Of a stretch of DNA of 64,000 nucleotides, positions 51,437-63,633 are shown piece by piece (position 1 is the first letter of the stretch; each line of letters starts with the position of its first letter). The notes beneath the pieces are model-generated. The model was not told the origin of the DNA. It did not search any database and saw only the letters and a program-made list of their open reading frames with translations. The translations under genes and the position numbers were made by a program. Origin of the DNA: Clostridia bacterium (GTDB taxonomy: Bacteria; Bacillota; Clostridia; Saccharofermentanales; DTU023); assembly GCA_040766025.1 (NCBI GenBank), contig JAXGRH010000005.1, forward strand, positions 6,443 through 70,442. The letters are read 5' to 3'.

Positions 51437-53079
51437 ATGAAAAAAATGAGTCCTCACTTAAGCTGGAGAGCGATCTTGCTTGCCATCTTAGGTTCCGTCC
51501 TAATTACAGCCTCATCGACCTATGTGGCACTTCGCGCAAGTGCCCTGCCCTGGCCCACCGTTTTTGCTGCGGTTCTCTCTTTCGCTTTGATGCGTCTTTT
51601 CGGGAAGCGCGACGTCAATGAAATCAATGTCGCCGCCACCGGCATGTCGGCTGGCGCCATGGTCGCGGGAGGGCTTGTTTTTACCCTGCCGGGCCTTTTT
51701 ATTTCGGGGCTCTGGGAGGTCAAAAAGACGGGCGGTGCCTCGGACTTCATCGCGGATCATTTTCTCACGGTATTGCTCATCGCGGTTTCGGGCGTACTGC
51801 TCGGTACCGCGCTTTGCTGGTTTTTGCGTAAAAGAAACATCGAACAACAAGAACTCCCCTACCCCATCGGGAAGGCGGCGGCCTCAACTTTAGAAGCCGG
51901 TAAAGAAGGCGGTACACAGGCCATCGTCCTAGTGGTCACGCTTCTTTTTGCGGCGGGTTTCACACTGCTGCGCGATCAATGGCTGCTCTTCCCCTCACTA
52001 TTATCGTTCACCATCGCCGCCATTCCCATGACCTTTTCGATGTCACCCATGGCGGTCGGGATCGGAAGTCTCATTGGTTTTTCTTCCACCTTGTACTGGC
52101 TCTTGGGGGCCGCCATAACGACCCTTGCCCGTTTTATTATCTTAGAAACCACCCTCCTGTCAAAAATCAAGGGGGTTGAGGATACCCTCGGCGAATGGAA
52201 CCTCACGATTGCCATCGCGCTCATGGTGGGAGCTGGGGCCGGCACTTTTTTGAATTTCCTTTTTGGTTCTTACAAGAAAAGAAAAAGAAGAAGCTCCGTG
52301 AGTCGTACGCGGGTGACGCGTTTTTCGGCACCTAAAGGCATCAGCCTTTTGGCACTCGTACTCGTCGCCTTGGCCTTCATTGTCACCATCTTGACCGGCA
52401 TGCAGGTATTGCCCGCACTCTTACTCATGGCGGGTGTCTTTTTTGCCGCCATGATGTCCTCGGTAATCACGGGACAAACCGGCATCAATCCTATGGAAAT
52501 TTTCGGCATTATCGTGCTCTTGGCCATACGCGCCATCTTGCCGGTCAGCTCGGAACACGCCTTTTATATTGCAGCCGTCGTGGCGGTGACTTGCGGCTAT
52601 GCCGGCGACATGATGAACGACTATAAGTCAGGCGCTATTTTAAAAACCAACCCAGCGCACAATTCTTTGTGGAGCTGATCGGAGGATTTGTCGGCGCCTT
52701 CACCGCGACCATTGCATTTTTAGCCATCATTTATTCCGCGGGAGGCGTCGGCCAGGCAGCCGGTCTCCCCGCCGCCCGAACACCACAGCGTCACTGCCAT
52801 GGTGCAGGGGCTCGGCAATCGGTACTCTTTCTCATCGCGGCCGTGGTGGGTTGCGGCCTAGCCCTTTTGGGCATCCCCGCCATGATCATCGGCATCGGCA
52901 TGATGCTCACGGGATTCGGCATGGCTTTACCGATATTCCTGGGCGAAAATCATCAGTATTTGTCACGCACGCATTTGAAAAAGGACAGCCAGCAAGCCAT
53001 CCAGATGGGCGCCGCGGGATTGCTCGGCGGCGAAGGGATTATGGGAACGGTGCTTGCGATTATTGCGCTGTTTCGTTAG
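51437..53079 (+). pseudogene. OPT-family oligopeptide transporter, at least one disruptive and two compensating frame changes
   Basis: Polytopic. ..ITGQTGINPMEIFGIIVLL.. is OPT-like. The break at about 52660 is restored as ..ILKT.PSAQFFVELIGGFVG... The internal out-of-frame stretch at about 52775-52820 reads LPAPEHHSVTAMVQGLGN in another frame. Confidence 0.8.
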
Positions 53080-53163
53080 AGCAATAACGGCGGTGAAATG
53101 CAAGCCTTGCTTTTGCACGGCGGACCCCGTGTTCGGCATGCTCCTGCTCTAATTTCGTTAAAT

Positions 53164-53499
53164 TCAGTTTTTAAGGCGATCTTCTGCGCGCTTGAGCGCG
53201 CTTATCGCCCTTTTTTCGTCAATTTCTCCCGGCAATTCAGCCGCGTTCACCACCACGGTCACATGGTCGCATTGCACCTCCGCGTAACCGACCGAGACGA
53301 AAAAGACGCGCCAGGTATCCTCTCCCCAAAGGATCGGGCTGCGGTAGCGGGGTGCCCCCGGCACCACCTCGACGAGCGTCGGGACATGGTTGTATAAAAA
53401 GCCTTCTGAGCCCTGTTTTGTCATGAGTACCACCAAGTCGCCATCCTCAAAGTGGAGTGTGCGAATCGGTGTCAACAATGTCAGGGCCATGGCGTTCAT
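53164..53499 (-). CDS. atpC: F1 ATP synthase epsilon subunit (short, about 110 aa)
   Basis: An N-terminal beta-sandwich pattern and a single C-terminal helix. Follows atpD after 9 nt. Confidence 0.85.
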   Translation of the reverse strand: MNAMALTLLTPIRTLHFEDGDLVVLMTKQGSEGFLYNHVPTLVEVVPGAPRYRSPILWGEDTWRVFFVSVGYAEVQCDHVTVVVNAAELPGEIDEKRAISALKRAEDRLKN

Positions 53500-53508
53500 C
53501 TAAACTAT

Positions 53509-55904
<2,396 letters not shown>

Positions 55905-55913
55905 TGTTTTACC

Positions 55914-57443
55914 TTAGGACCTCATAAAAGCGTGCCACAAAGCCTTGATCCGCTCGCGCGTATCATTTTCTAAAAGCGCGCCCGTTTCGAGGATCGTCAC
56001 CAATTCCGGGTCCATATCGGGCAAGGCGTCAATGAAAAACTTGGCGAGGCGTGGGAGATCCGCCGTGGGGATATCTTGGAACACATCGTGGGTGCCAAGC
56101 TCCAAAAGCGCGAGCGACTTTGACAGGGTTCTTGTCTGCTGCGGGTTTTGACTTAAAAGCAGCATCAGGCGGTCGCCTTTGGCCAGTTGCTTTTGCGTCA
56201 CATCGTCCAAATCGGTCGCAAATTGTGAGAAAGCCTTTTTCTCGCGATACTGGGCGAGTGCGATGCGCAAGGGCCCCGCCACTTTTCGCATGGCAGGCGT
56301 CTGCGCGTCTCCGCCCACGCGTGAGACTGAAAGCCCCACATTCACCGCCGGCCGTTGCCCCGCAATGAAAATATCGGTGTCAAGATAAATCTGACCGTCC
56401 GTGATCGAGATGATGTTCGTCGGGATGTAAGCGGAGATATCGCCGGCCTGTGTCTCCACAATGGGGAGCGCGGTCATAGACCCGCCGCCCTCATCGTCAT
56501 GCAGTTTCGCCGCGCGCTCTAAAAGGCGCGAGTGCAGGTAAAACACATCGCCCGGGAAGGCCTCGCGTCCGGGGGGACGCCTTAAAAGGAGTGAAATCGC
56601 ACGGTAAGCCTGGGCATGTTTGGTAAGGTCATCGTAGACGATCAGGGCATCACGGCCCTCGACCATGAAGCTTTCCGCAATGGCACAGCCGGCATAGGGG
56701 GCCAGGTATTGGACACCGGCCGTGTCGGCGGCAGAGGCCACCACAATCGTCGTATAAGAAAGCGCGCCTGTCCGTTTAAACAGTTCATAGAGTTGCGCGA
56801 TCGTGGACATTTTCTGCCCGATGGCCACATAAACACAATAAACACCCTTGCCCTGCTGATTGATGATCGTGTCAACGGCAATGGTCGTCTTGCCCGTCTG
56901 ACGGTCCCCGATAATCAATTCGCGCTGACCGCGGCCGATCGGGACCATCGCGTCAATCGCGGTGATACCTGTTTCAAGAGATTGGCGAACAGGTTGCCGA
57001 GAAAGGATGGGCGGGGCAGGAGACTCAATGGAACGAGTGGGAACATCGGGAGGCAATTCAGGTCCCCCGTCCAGCACACGGCCCAAGGGCGTCAACACAC
57101 GCCCGATCACCGCGTCCCCGGTGGGCATGCGAACGGTTGTCCCGGTACTGAAGCAGTCATCACCTGATTTTAATCGCTCGCCGCTGATTAAAACGACGCC
57201 GGTCGTTTCCTTTTCAAGGTTCATGGCGATGCCGTACCGGCCGCCCGAAAAGCGGATGACTTCCCCGTACATGGCATGGCGTATCCCCGACACGACGGCA
57301 ATGCCGTCTGCCGTGGAAAGCACCGTCCCGCTTTCTTTTGGCAGTAGCTCACGGTAGGCATCCCAAGCTTTGATCGCTTGTTTTTGCAAGAGATCCTCGC
57401 GAATGAGGCGCCATATCTCACGCTGTGCCGTTTCAGGCTTCAA
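55914..57443 (-). CDS. atpA: F1 ATP synthase alpha subunit
   Basis: GDRQTGKT P-loop and canonical alpha motifs throughout. The start was assigned to a TTG 4 nt after AAGAGGGA and overlaps the atpF stop by 11 nt. Confidence 0.92.
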   Translation of the reverse strand: MKPETAQREIWRLIREDLLQKQAIKAWDAYRELLPKESGTVLSTADGIAVVSGIRHAMYGEVIRFSGGRYGIAMNLEKETTGVVLISGERLKSGDDCFSTGTTVRMPTGDAVIGRVLTPLGRVLDGGPELPPDVPTRSIESPAPPILSRQPVRQSLETGITAIDAMVPIGRGQRELIIGDRQTGKTTIAVDTIINQQGKGVYCVYVAIGQKMSTIAQLYELFKRTGALSYTTIVVASAADTAGVQYLAPYAGCAIAESFMVEGRDALIVYDDLTKHAQAYRAISLLLRRPPGREAFPGDVFYLHSRLLERAAKLHDDEGGGSMTALPIVETQAGDISAYIPTNIISITDGQIYLDTDIFIAGQRPAVNVGLSVSRVGGDAQTPAMRKVAGPLRIALAQYREKKAFSQFATDLDDVTQKQLAKGDRLMLLLSQNPQQTRTLSKSLALLELGTHDVFQDIPTADLPRLAKFFIDALPDMDPELVTILETGALLENDTRERIKALWHAFMRS

Positions 57444-57969
57444 GGGATCCCTCTTTTCCGATGGAACGCTCCAATGCCAAAGTTTCCTCCTTTGATAGTT
57501 CGCGGTCGTACAGTTGGCGCATGGCCGAAATGGCAAGGTCAACCGCTTCCTGATACAGGCGTTCTGCTTCACCTTTTTGTTTGTGTTCAATTTGGCGATC
57601 CGCTTCGTTGAGCTTCGTTTGCGCCTCTTTTTCTGCCCGGGCCAAGATCTCCGCTTCTTTTTGCGCGAATTGCGCTTCGAGCTCGCGGCGCTTTTGATCG
57701 AGCGCCTCTTGCTGCTCGTCCTCCAGTTGTTTCATCTTGCTTTCACGCTCAGCCAAGGCCTCCGACTGACGGTTATTTTGTTCGACCGCCTCATCGATTT
57801 CACGTTGCCGTTCGTCCATGATCTTCTTTAGGGGCTTGAACAGGACTTTCTTCAAAATAAAAATCGTCAACAGCAAGCCGACAATCGCGACAATCGCGGT
57901 TGCGGCGTAACCTGCCAGAACTTCAGGCGAAGTGAAATCGACGGACTTTTCGGCGATGACGTTGATCAT
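57433..57969 (-). CDS. atpF: Fo ATP synthase b subunit
   Basis: A single N-terminal TM helix, then a long charged coiled coil (..QREIDEAVEQNNRQSEALAERESKMKQLEDEQQEALDQKRRELEAQ..). Confidence 0.8.
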   Translation of the reverse strand: MINVIAEKSVDFTSPEVLAGYAATAIVAIVGLLLTIFILKKVLFKPLKKIMDERQREIDEAVEQNNRQSEALAERESKMKQLEDEQQEALDQKRRELEAQFAQKEAEILARAEKEAQTKLNEADRQIEHKQKGEAERLYQEAVDLAISAMRQLYDRELSKEETLALERSIGKEGSLEA

Positions 57970-57983
57970 CTGTTCGTCCTTTC

Positions 57984-58211
57984 TTAAAACACAAAGACAA
58001 GAAGAAGCGCGACCACGAGCGCGAAAATCACGCAGGTTTCAATAAATACAATCGCCGTGATGAGCGAGGTTTGAATTCTACCGCCCGCCTCCGGCTGTTT
58101 GGCCATCGATTCAAATGCCTTACTTGCGGCTCTGCTGATTCCAAACGCCGCGACCGCTGCCACGACACCGATTGCAAGGGCTGAAGCAAGCGCGATTAAT
58201 GCTTTATCCAT
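57984..58211 (-). CDS. atpE: Fo ATP synthase c subunit
   Basis: 75-aa hairpin with an AKQPE loop and the ion-binding Glu in ..AIVFIETCVIFALVVAL... Confidence 0.9.
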   Translation of the reverse strand: MDKALIALASALAIGVVAAVAAFGISRAASKAFESMAKQPEAGGRIQTSLITAIVFIETCVIFALVVALLLVFVF

Positions 58212-58213
58212 GT

Positions 58214-59035
58214 CTACACCTTTACTTTCTGTTGTTCTGATTGTTCTTTTTTCGAAGCGAGGCGCTCCGCTGTATTGTCCGCTTTTTCAACGACTTCGCC
58301 TAAGTAGCTCGTCGTAAGATACACAAATATGAGGGCCTGAATCAACGCGTCCGCCACGTCAAACCAAAGCCCGAACAGGCTGGGCAAGATAAGAGGCATA
58401 ATCGTGCGGAGGACCGCGATGAGAATGAAGGCGCCAAAGACATTGCCAAATAGACGCAAGGCCAAAGAGACCGGCTTGATCATGTAGTCGAGGATGTTAA
58501 AAGGCAATAAGCCCGGCATGGGATCGATGAGTGAATGACCAAAACCCTTGATCCCCACAAGATGAATGCCCATCGCGATGACGAACACGAGGGTGTAAAG
58601 CGCAAGCGACACGGGCACGGCGGGATTCACGGCCGAAGCGGACATTTCCGCGATGGCGACCACATTGCTTGTGAAAATATAAAGGCCAATGCCAAGCGTC
58701 CAGGGCAGAACGGTCTCCGCCTGATCACGTTTTAGCCCCGAACTGACCCCGAGGCTTATGACCGCAAAATAGAGTTTTTCTGTGAGCGCCTGTTTGCCTG
58801 TTATCTCGTATTTTTTTAATCCGCGTCTAAGCCAAAAGGCCAAGATCGTGAGCAAGATCACACTTGCGATAAGTGAAATCATGGCGCCTGTCACAGGGAT
58901 TGTGAAGCGCCCTATCTTTAAATAAAACTGTGGGGCAAAATTAATGGCCGCTCGAATCGACTCACCGATGTCTCGGCCACCCGGTCGAAGATGCTCCCAA
59001 AGCGAAGATAAAAACTTGTCAAAAATGGAACACAC
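58214..59035 (-). CDS. atpB: Fo ATP synthase a subunit
   Basis: Polytopic. The essential-Arg motif is in LALRLFGNVFGAF. Confidence 0.85.
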   Translation of the reverse strand: MCSIFDKFLSSLWEHLRPGGRDIGESIRAAINFAPQFYLKIGRFTIPVTGAMISLIASVILLTILAFWLRRGLKKYEITGKQALTEKLYFAVISLGVSSGLKRDQAETVLPWTLGIGLYIFTSNVVAIAEMSASAVNPAVPVSLALYTLVFVIAMGIHLVGIKGFGHSLIDPMPGLLPFNILDYMIKPVSLALRLFGNVFGAFILIAVLRTIMPLILPSLFGLWFDVADALIQALIFVYLTTSYLGEVVEKADNTAERLASKKEQSEQQKVKV

Positions 59036-59094
59036 CTCTCTTCTACTAGCCCTATTGTAGTGACAAGCATCCTCTTTGTAAATGTCATAAGACT

Positions 59095-59130
59095 AAAACG
59101 CCCCCGCCGGCGTACGGAGGGGGCGTTTTT
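59095..59130 (-). terminator. Rho-independent terminator after gap
   Basis: AACGCCCCC..GGGGGCGTT stem flanked by T/A runs. Confidence 0.7.
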
Positions 59131-59163
59131 GATTTCAAAACCCGCGATGCGACGACATGCCGA

Positions 59164-60246
59164 TTAAACGCCGGCTTTTTCGTCTTCTTTTGCCATATAA
59201 AGTAACATGTCAATCGTGCGCCCCGCATAGCCCCACTCGTTGTCATACCAGGACACGAGCTTGAAGAACCGCTTTTCGTCCTTAAGGTTATTCGAAAGCG
59301 TCGCCGAAGAATCATAGACGGAAGAGTGGTCATCATGGATGACATCCGTCGACACGATGGGATCCTTGGTGTACTTCAGGAGACCCTTCAGGTATGTTTC
59401 AGACGCCTTTTTCATCAGGGCGTCGATCTCCTCGATCGATGTATCTTTCTTTAAAAGCACTGTAAGGTCAATGACGGAACCCGTCAGCGTCGGTACACGG
59501 AAGGCCATGCCGGTCAAGATGCCCTTGACCGCGGGCAGCACTTCGCCGACCGCTTTTGCGGCACCCGTGGTCGTCGGAATGATATTAACCGCGGCGCTTC
59601 TTCCGAGACGCCAGCTCTTCAAAGAGTTTGAGTCAGTCACATGCTGAGAAGCTGTGTAGGCGTGAATCGTTGTCATCAGGCCTTTTTCGATCTCAAGCCC
59701 TTCTTTTAAGAGGACATGGACGATGGGCGCCAGGCAGTTCGTGGTGCAGGACGCATTGGATACGACCAGGTCTTCTCTAGGATTGTATTCCTGTTCGTTT
59801 ACACCCAAGACAAGCGTCTTCACCGGTCCTTTGCCCGGGGCGGAAAGCAGCACTTTTTTCGCGCCGGCATTAACATGCCCGATGGCCTTATCATAATCAT
59901 TGAATATGCCGGAGCAGTCGACAACATAATCGACACCCAGAGACTTCCAGTCGAGATCCGCCGGGGTCGCGCCCGCGAGCACGCATTGTACGCGGTGTTT
60001 ACCGTCGATGACGATGACATCGTTTTCTTCCGTTTCGGGGCTTGATTTTTCAGTTGTCAGATCACGATCCCAACGATGCTGCGCGGAGTCGTAGGTCAGT
60101 TGATACACAAAGTAATCAGCCTTCGTGTTTATGTCCACGATCGCGACCAAATCGACTTCCTCGCCGAGGAGCCCTCGCTCGACCATTCCCCTAAAAACAA
60201 GGCGTCCGATGCGGCCAAATCCATTAATTGCAACTTTAGTGGCCAT
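59164..60246 (-). CDS. gap: Type I glyceraldehyde-3-phosphate dehydrogenase
   Basis: INGFGRIGR and SNASCTTNC catalytic-Cys motif, plus WYDNEWGY. Confidence 0.95.
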   Translation of the reverse strand: MATKVAINGFGRIGRLVFRGMVERGLLGEEVDLVAIVDINTKADYFVYQLTYDSAQHRWDRDLTTEKSSPETEENDVIVIDGKHRVQCVLAGATPADLDWKSLGVDYVVDCSGIFNDYDKAIGHVNAGAKKVLLSAPGKGPVKTLVLGVNEQEYNPREDLVVSNASCTTNCLAPIVHVLLKEGLEIEKGLMTTIHAYTASQHVTDSNSLKSWRLGRSAAVNIIPTTTGAAKAVGEVLPAVKGILTGMAFRVPTLTGSVIDLTVLLKKDTSIEEIDALMKKASETYLKGLLKYTKDPIVSTDVIHDDHSSVYDSSATLSNNLKDEKRFFKLVSWYDNEWGYAGRTIDMLLYMAKEDEKAGV

Positions 60247-60356
60247 ATAATCTATTTCCTTTCTTGGTTAAGTGGGCGTTCCCCACTTTTTGTCAGTTTA
60301 AAAGGTGAATCCTCACCGCAAGCCATACTATCACAAACGATGCTGTATGGCTCTTA

Positions 60357-60388
60357 CAACAACGGCCGGAAATTTTCCGGCCGTTGTC
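60357..60388 (-). terminator. Perfect palindromic stem-loop after the gcv operon
   Basis: ACAACGGCCGGAAAA/TTTTCCGGCCGTTGT. No clear external U-tract on the minus strand. Confidence 0.5.
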
Positions 60389-60408
60389 TCATCTTTTAGT
60401 GAAAATTG

Positions 60409-61863
60409 CTAACCCGCCAACACGGGCTCACGCGCAGCCCGCGTTTCGTCGGGGCGCGCGATAGGGGTATCGTGCGGAGCATTTTTCAACAATTCAGGAT
60501 TAGTCTCGGCTTCTTTCGCGATACTCAAGAAGGCATCCGCTAGCTGTTCGAGATCGCGCCAGGTCTCCGTCTCCGTCGGTTCCAGCATCATGGCCTCAGG
60601 TACAATGAGCGGGAAGTAGATGGTCGGCGGATGAAAGCCGTAATCAATCAGACGCTTGACAATGTCAAGGGTGTTGCAGTCATATTTTTCTTTCTGCCAC
60701 TCACCCGTCATGACAAATTCATGCATCGTCGGCGTGTCGTAAGGAATGCGATACGCGTCCTTCAGGCGCTCGCGCAGATAAGTCGCGTTCGCCACCGCGC
60801 CTTCGGCTGCCTGATGGAGTCCGTCGGCACCGTTTCTCAGAATGTAGGCATAGGTTTTCACCAACACTGAGAATGAGCCGATGAAGCTTCTCACCTTCCC
60901 GAATGATTTGGGGCGATCGTAGTCAAGCTTATAGCCGTCTTCTTCTTTTCTCACCACCGGTCTTGGCAGGTAGGGCTCAAGGTGTGCTTTACAGCCAACC
61001 GGTCCCGCGCCCGGGCCGCCGCCGCCGTGAGGGGTTGAAAAACTCTTATGAACGTTCAGGTGGACACAGTCAAAGCCCATGTCACCCGGCCTTGCGTGCA
61101 TCAGGATCGCGTTGATATTCGCACCGTCGTAGTAGCAAAGACCGCCTGCGTCGTGCACCATTCTCGTGATCTTTTCGATATTTTCCTCATAGATCCCGAG
61201 GGTGTTGGGGTTGGTCAGCATAAGTCCGGCCACATCGTCGCCCATCGCCTTTTCAAAGGCTTCGAGGTCAATCATGCCGTGCTCATTCGATTTGACTTCG
61301 CGCACCTTGTAACCGACCATCGCCGCGGTGGCGGGGTTGGTGCCGTGCGCCGCGTCCGGGATGATCATGACGTCACGCTTGGTGTCGCCGCGATCCTCGT
61401 GGTACGCCTTGATGAGCAACAGACCGGCCAATTCACCGTGTGCGCCCGCCGCCGGCTGGAATGTGTAGGCATCCATGCCCGTGACATCATTGAGCAGCTC
61501 TTCCAGATGGTAGAGGAGTTCAAGGTTGCCTTGGACGGTGCTGTCGGGCTGCAGGGGATGGGTCGCGGCAAAGCCTGTCAAGGCCGCCACATCCTCATTG
61601 ACCTTCGGGTTATATTTCATCGTGCAGGAACCCAAAGGATACGGTCCCATCTCGACGTGGTAGTTTTTGTTCGACATATTGGAGTAATGGCGAACCACAG
61701 AAATTTCGTCCACATCGGGGATATTGGGCTTTTCAGCGCGATAGGCCTTGCCAAACCATTCTGAGAAATCCGGTTTGGGGATATCAAGCGGCCTGATATA
61801 ACGGCTCGCCTCACCCTTGGTGGCCAATTCAAAAATTAAGGGGGTGTGTTTACATTTTGGCAT
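60409..61863 (-). CDS. gcvPB: Glycine dehydrogenase (decarboxylating) subunit 2
   Basis: PLP-Lys region HLNVHKSFSTPHGGGGPG. Start at MPKCKHTPLIFEL, after GGGAGA. Confidence 0.95.
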   Translation of the reverse strand: MPKCKHTPLIFELATKGEASRYIRPLDIPKPDFSEWFGKAYRAEKPNIPDVDEISVVRHYSNMSNKNYHVEMGPYPLGSCTMKYNPKVNEDVAALTGFAATHPLQPDSTVQGNLELLYHLEELLNDVTGMDAYTFQPAAGAHGELAGLLLIKAYHEDRGDTKRDVMIIPDAAHGTNPATAAMVGYKVREVKSNEHGMIDLEAFEKAMGDDVAGLMLTNPNTLGIYEENIEKITRMVHDAGGLCYYDGANINAILMHARPGDMGFDCVHLNVHKSFSTPHGGGGPGAGPVGCKAHLEPYLPRPVVRKEEDGYKLDYDRPKSFGKVRSFIGSFSVLVKTYAYILRNGADGLHQAAEGAVANATYLRERLKDAYRIPYDTPTMHEFVMTGEWQKEKYDCNTLDIVKRLIDYGFHPPTIYFPLIVPEAMMLEPTETETWRDLEQLADAFLSIAKEAETNPELLKNAPHDTPIARPDETRAAREPVLAG

Positions 61864-61865
61864 GA

Positions 61866-63215
61866 CTATCTCCCTTCCTGTCCACCGCAAAGCGCGATGA
61901 GCTTGTCCGCGAAGCAGTCGAGTTGTTCTTTTGTCTTCTTCTCTGTGACGGCGATGAGCATCCTGTTTTGATCAAGGACGAGACCGCCGATGACACCTTC
62001 GTCAAGCAACTGTTCGTTGACTTTTTTCAAATCAACGCCCGCCTTGGCTTCCACGAGGAATTCGCGGAAGAACGGCGCGTCATACACGCGTTTGAAATAA
62101 CCGCTGTCCACAAGCTTCTTTTCAAGGTACATGGCTTTGGCCGCCGACTGTTCTGCGACATCGAGGAGTCCCGCGCTGCCTTGCAGGGCGAGCCAGATGG
62201 TCGCGGCGGTCGCCATGAGCGCCTGGCTGGTGCAGATATTGGAGGTCGCGCGCTCTCTTCGGATATGTTGTTCCCTTGCCTGGATGGTCAAGACGTAGCT
62301 CGTCCTGCCCTCACGGTCGACGGTGGCACCGCAGATACGTCCGGGCATCTTGCGCATCAGGCGCTCTGTGACGGCCATATAGCCGGCACCCGGGCCTCCG
62401 AAAGACAGGGGGAGTCCCAGTGACTGTGCTTCACCGACCGCGATGTCGACGCCCGCGTCTCCGGGGCGATTTAAAATCGCAAGGCTCACAGGATCCTGTG
62501 AGACAGCGGCCAAGGCATCGACTTCGTGCGCTTTTTGGACGAGCAGGTCGAGATCTTCGACCACGCCGTAAAAGTTCGGACTCTGGACGAGGAAGCCGGC
62601 GTATTCACCTTTTTCCTCGGGAAAAACACTGGTCTGCCCGTGTTCGTCCAATGCACCCGTCACGACTTCAATGTCCGCCGCATGCAGGTAAGTTTTGATC
62701 GTCTCCATCGTATCGGGGTGCACACCCTCGGATACGAAGACTTTGTAACGGCGTTTGTCACGGCAGGCCAAAAGCATGGCTTCGGCCGCGCCGGAGGACG
62801 CATCATATAAAGAGGCGTTTGACACGGGGAGTCCCGTGAGACGCGTGATATAGCTTTGCCATTCAAAGATGGCCTGTAGGGTTCCTTGAGAAATCTCTGC
62901 CTGGTAAGGCGTGTAAGACGTTAAAAATTCAGACCGGCTGATCAGGTGGTGGACAGCCGCGGGCTGGTAATGGTCATAGTAACCGGCCCCGAGATAGCTG
63001 TCATAGTCTTCACCGTTTTTGTTTTTGGCCGCAAGCTTCTTGATGTGGTCAACGACCTCCATCTCACTCATCCCGTCATTGGCGAGTGCCAGGTAATTAT
63101 CCAACCGGACACAATCGCACGCGGGGATCATGGCAAACAACTGATCAAGATCGACTCCCACCGACGCCAGCATTTCGCGGCGTTCTTCCCGGTCCATAGG
63201 GAGGTATCCGATCAT
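61866..63215 (-). CDS. gcvPA: Glycine dehydrogenase (decarboxylating) subunit 1
   Basis: ..FLTSYTPYQAEISQGTLQAIFEWQ.. is typical of GcvPA. 449 aa. Confidence 0.95.
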   Translation of the reverse strand: MIGYLPMDREERREMLASVGVDLDQLFAMIPACDCVRLDNYLALANDGMSEMEVVDHIKKLAAKNKNGEDYDSYLGAGYYDHYQPAAVHHLISRSEFLTSYTPYQAEISQGTLQAIFEWQSYITRLTGLPVSNASLYDASSGAAEAMLLACRDKRRYKVFVSEGVHPDTMETIKTYLHAADIEVVTGALDEHGQTSVFPEEKGEYAGFLVQSPNFYGVVEDLDLLVQKAHEVDALAAVSQDPVSLAILNRPGDAGVDIAVGEAQSLGLPLSFGGPGAGYMAVTERLMRKMPGRICGATVDREGRTSYVLTIQAREQHIRRERATSNICTSQALMATAATIWLALQGSAGLLDVAEQSAAKAMYLEKKLVDSGYFKRVYDAPFFREFLVEAKAGVDLKKVNEQLLDEGVIGGLVLDQNRMLIAVTEKKTKEQLDCFADKLIALCGGQEGR

Positions 63216-63592
63216 GCCTGTTCCTCCTTGCAGAATTCATCGTATGCGTCTTTGTCGAGCAACGCGTCAAGCTGTGACAGGTCGTCCATCTCAATTTTCA
63301 CAAACCATGTCTCCCAGGGTGCCTGGTTGATCATTTCAGGTTCATCTTCAATCTCAAAGTTGGCTTCGACAATCTCGCCGCTTACGGGCGCATAGAGGTC
63401 AGACGCCGCTTTCACCGACTCGACGGTGCCTATAATACCTTCGAGTTCGACGACGGTGCCTTCCGGTTCGGGTTCCGCGTAAACGATGTCGCCCAGCTGA
63501 TCCTGCGCAAAGTCAGTCAAACCGATGGTGGCGATATTGCCTTCCGCTTTGACCCATTCGTGTGTTTTTGAAAATTTCAATACTTGATCCAT
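63212..63592 (-). CDS. gcvH: Glycine cleavage system H protein
   Basis: Lipoyl-Lys motif ESVKAASDLYAPVSGE. Start at MDQVLKFSKTHEWV. Confidence 0.95.
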   Translation of the reverse strand: MDQVLKFSKTHEWVKAEGNIATIGLTDFAQDQLGDIVYAEPEPEGTVVELEGIIGTVESVKAASDLYAPVSGEIVEANFEIEDEPEMINQAPWETWFVKIEMDDLSQLDALLDKDAYDEFCKEEQA

Positions 63593-63633
63593 TTTTTCAT
63601 TCCTTCCCAAATTTCATTTAATTGCTTTATTTG

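Noticed and set aside
57984-58211. Na+ specificity of the c subunit (ET motif after the ion-binding Glu).
   Set aside because: Only part of the Na+ signature is present (Glu-Thr). The first-helix Gln position aligns to Ile, and the Tyr position aligns to Phe. The evidence is insufficient.
59085-59345. A small ORF between gap and atpB as a possible atpI.
   Set aside because: It overlaps the gap 3' end and the terminator hairpin, is Arg/Ser-rich and is not membrane-like. It is a shadow ORF.
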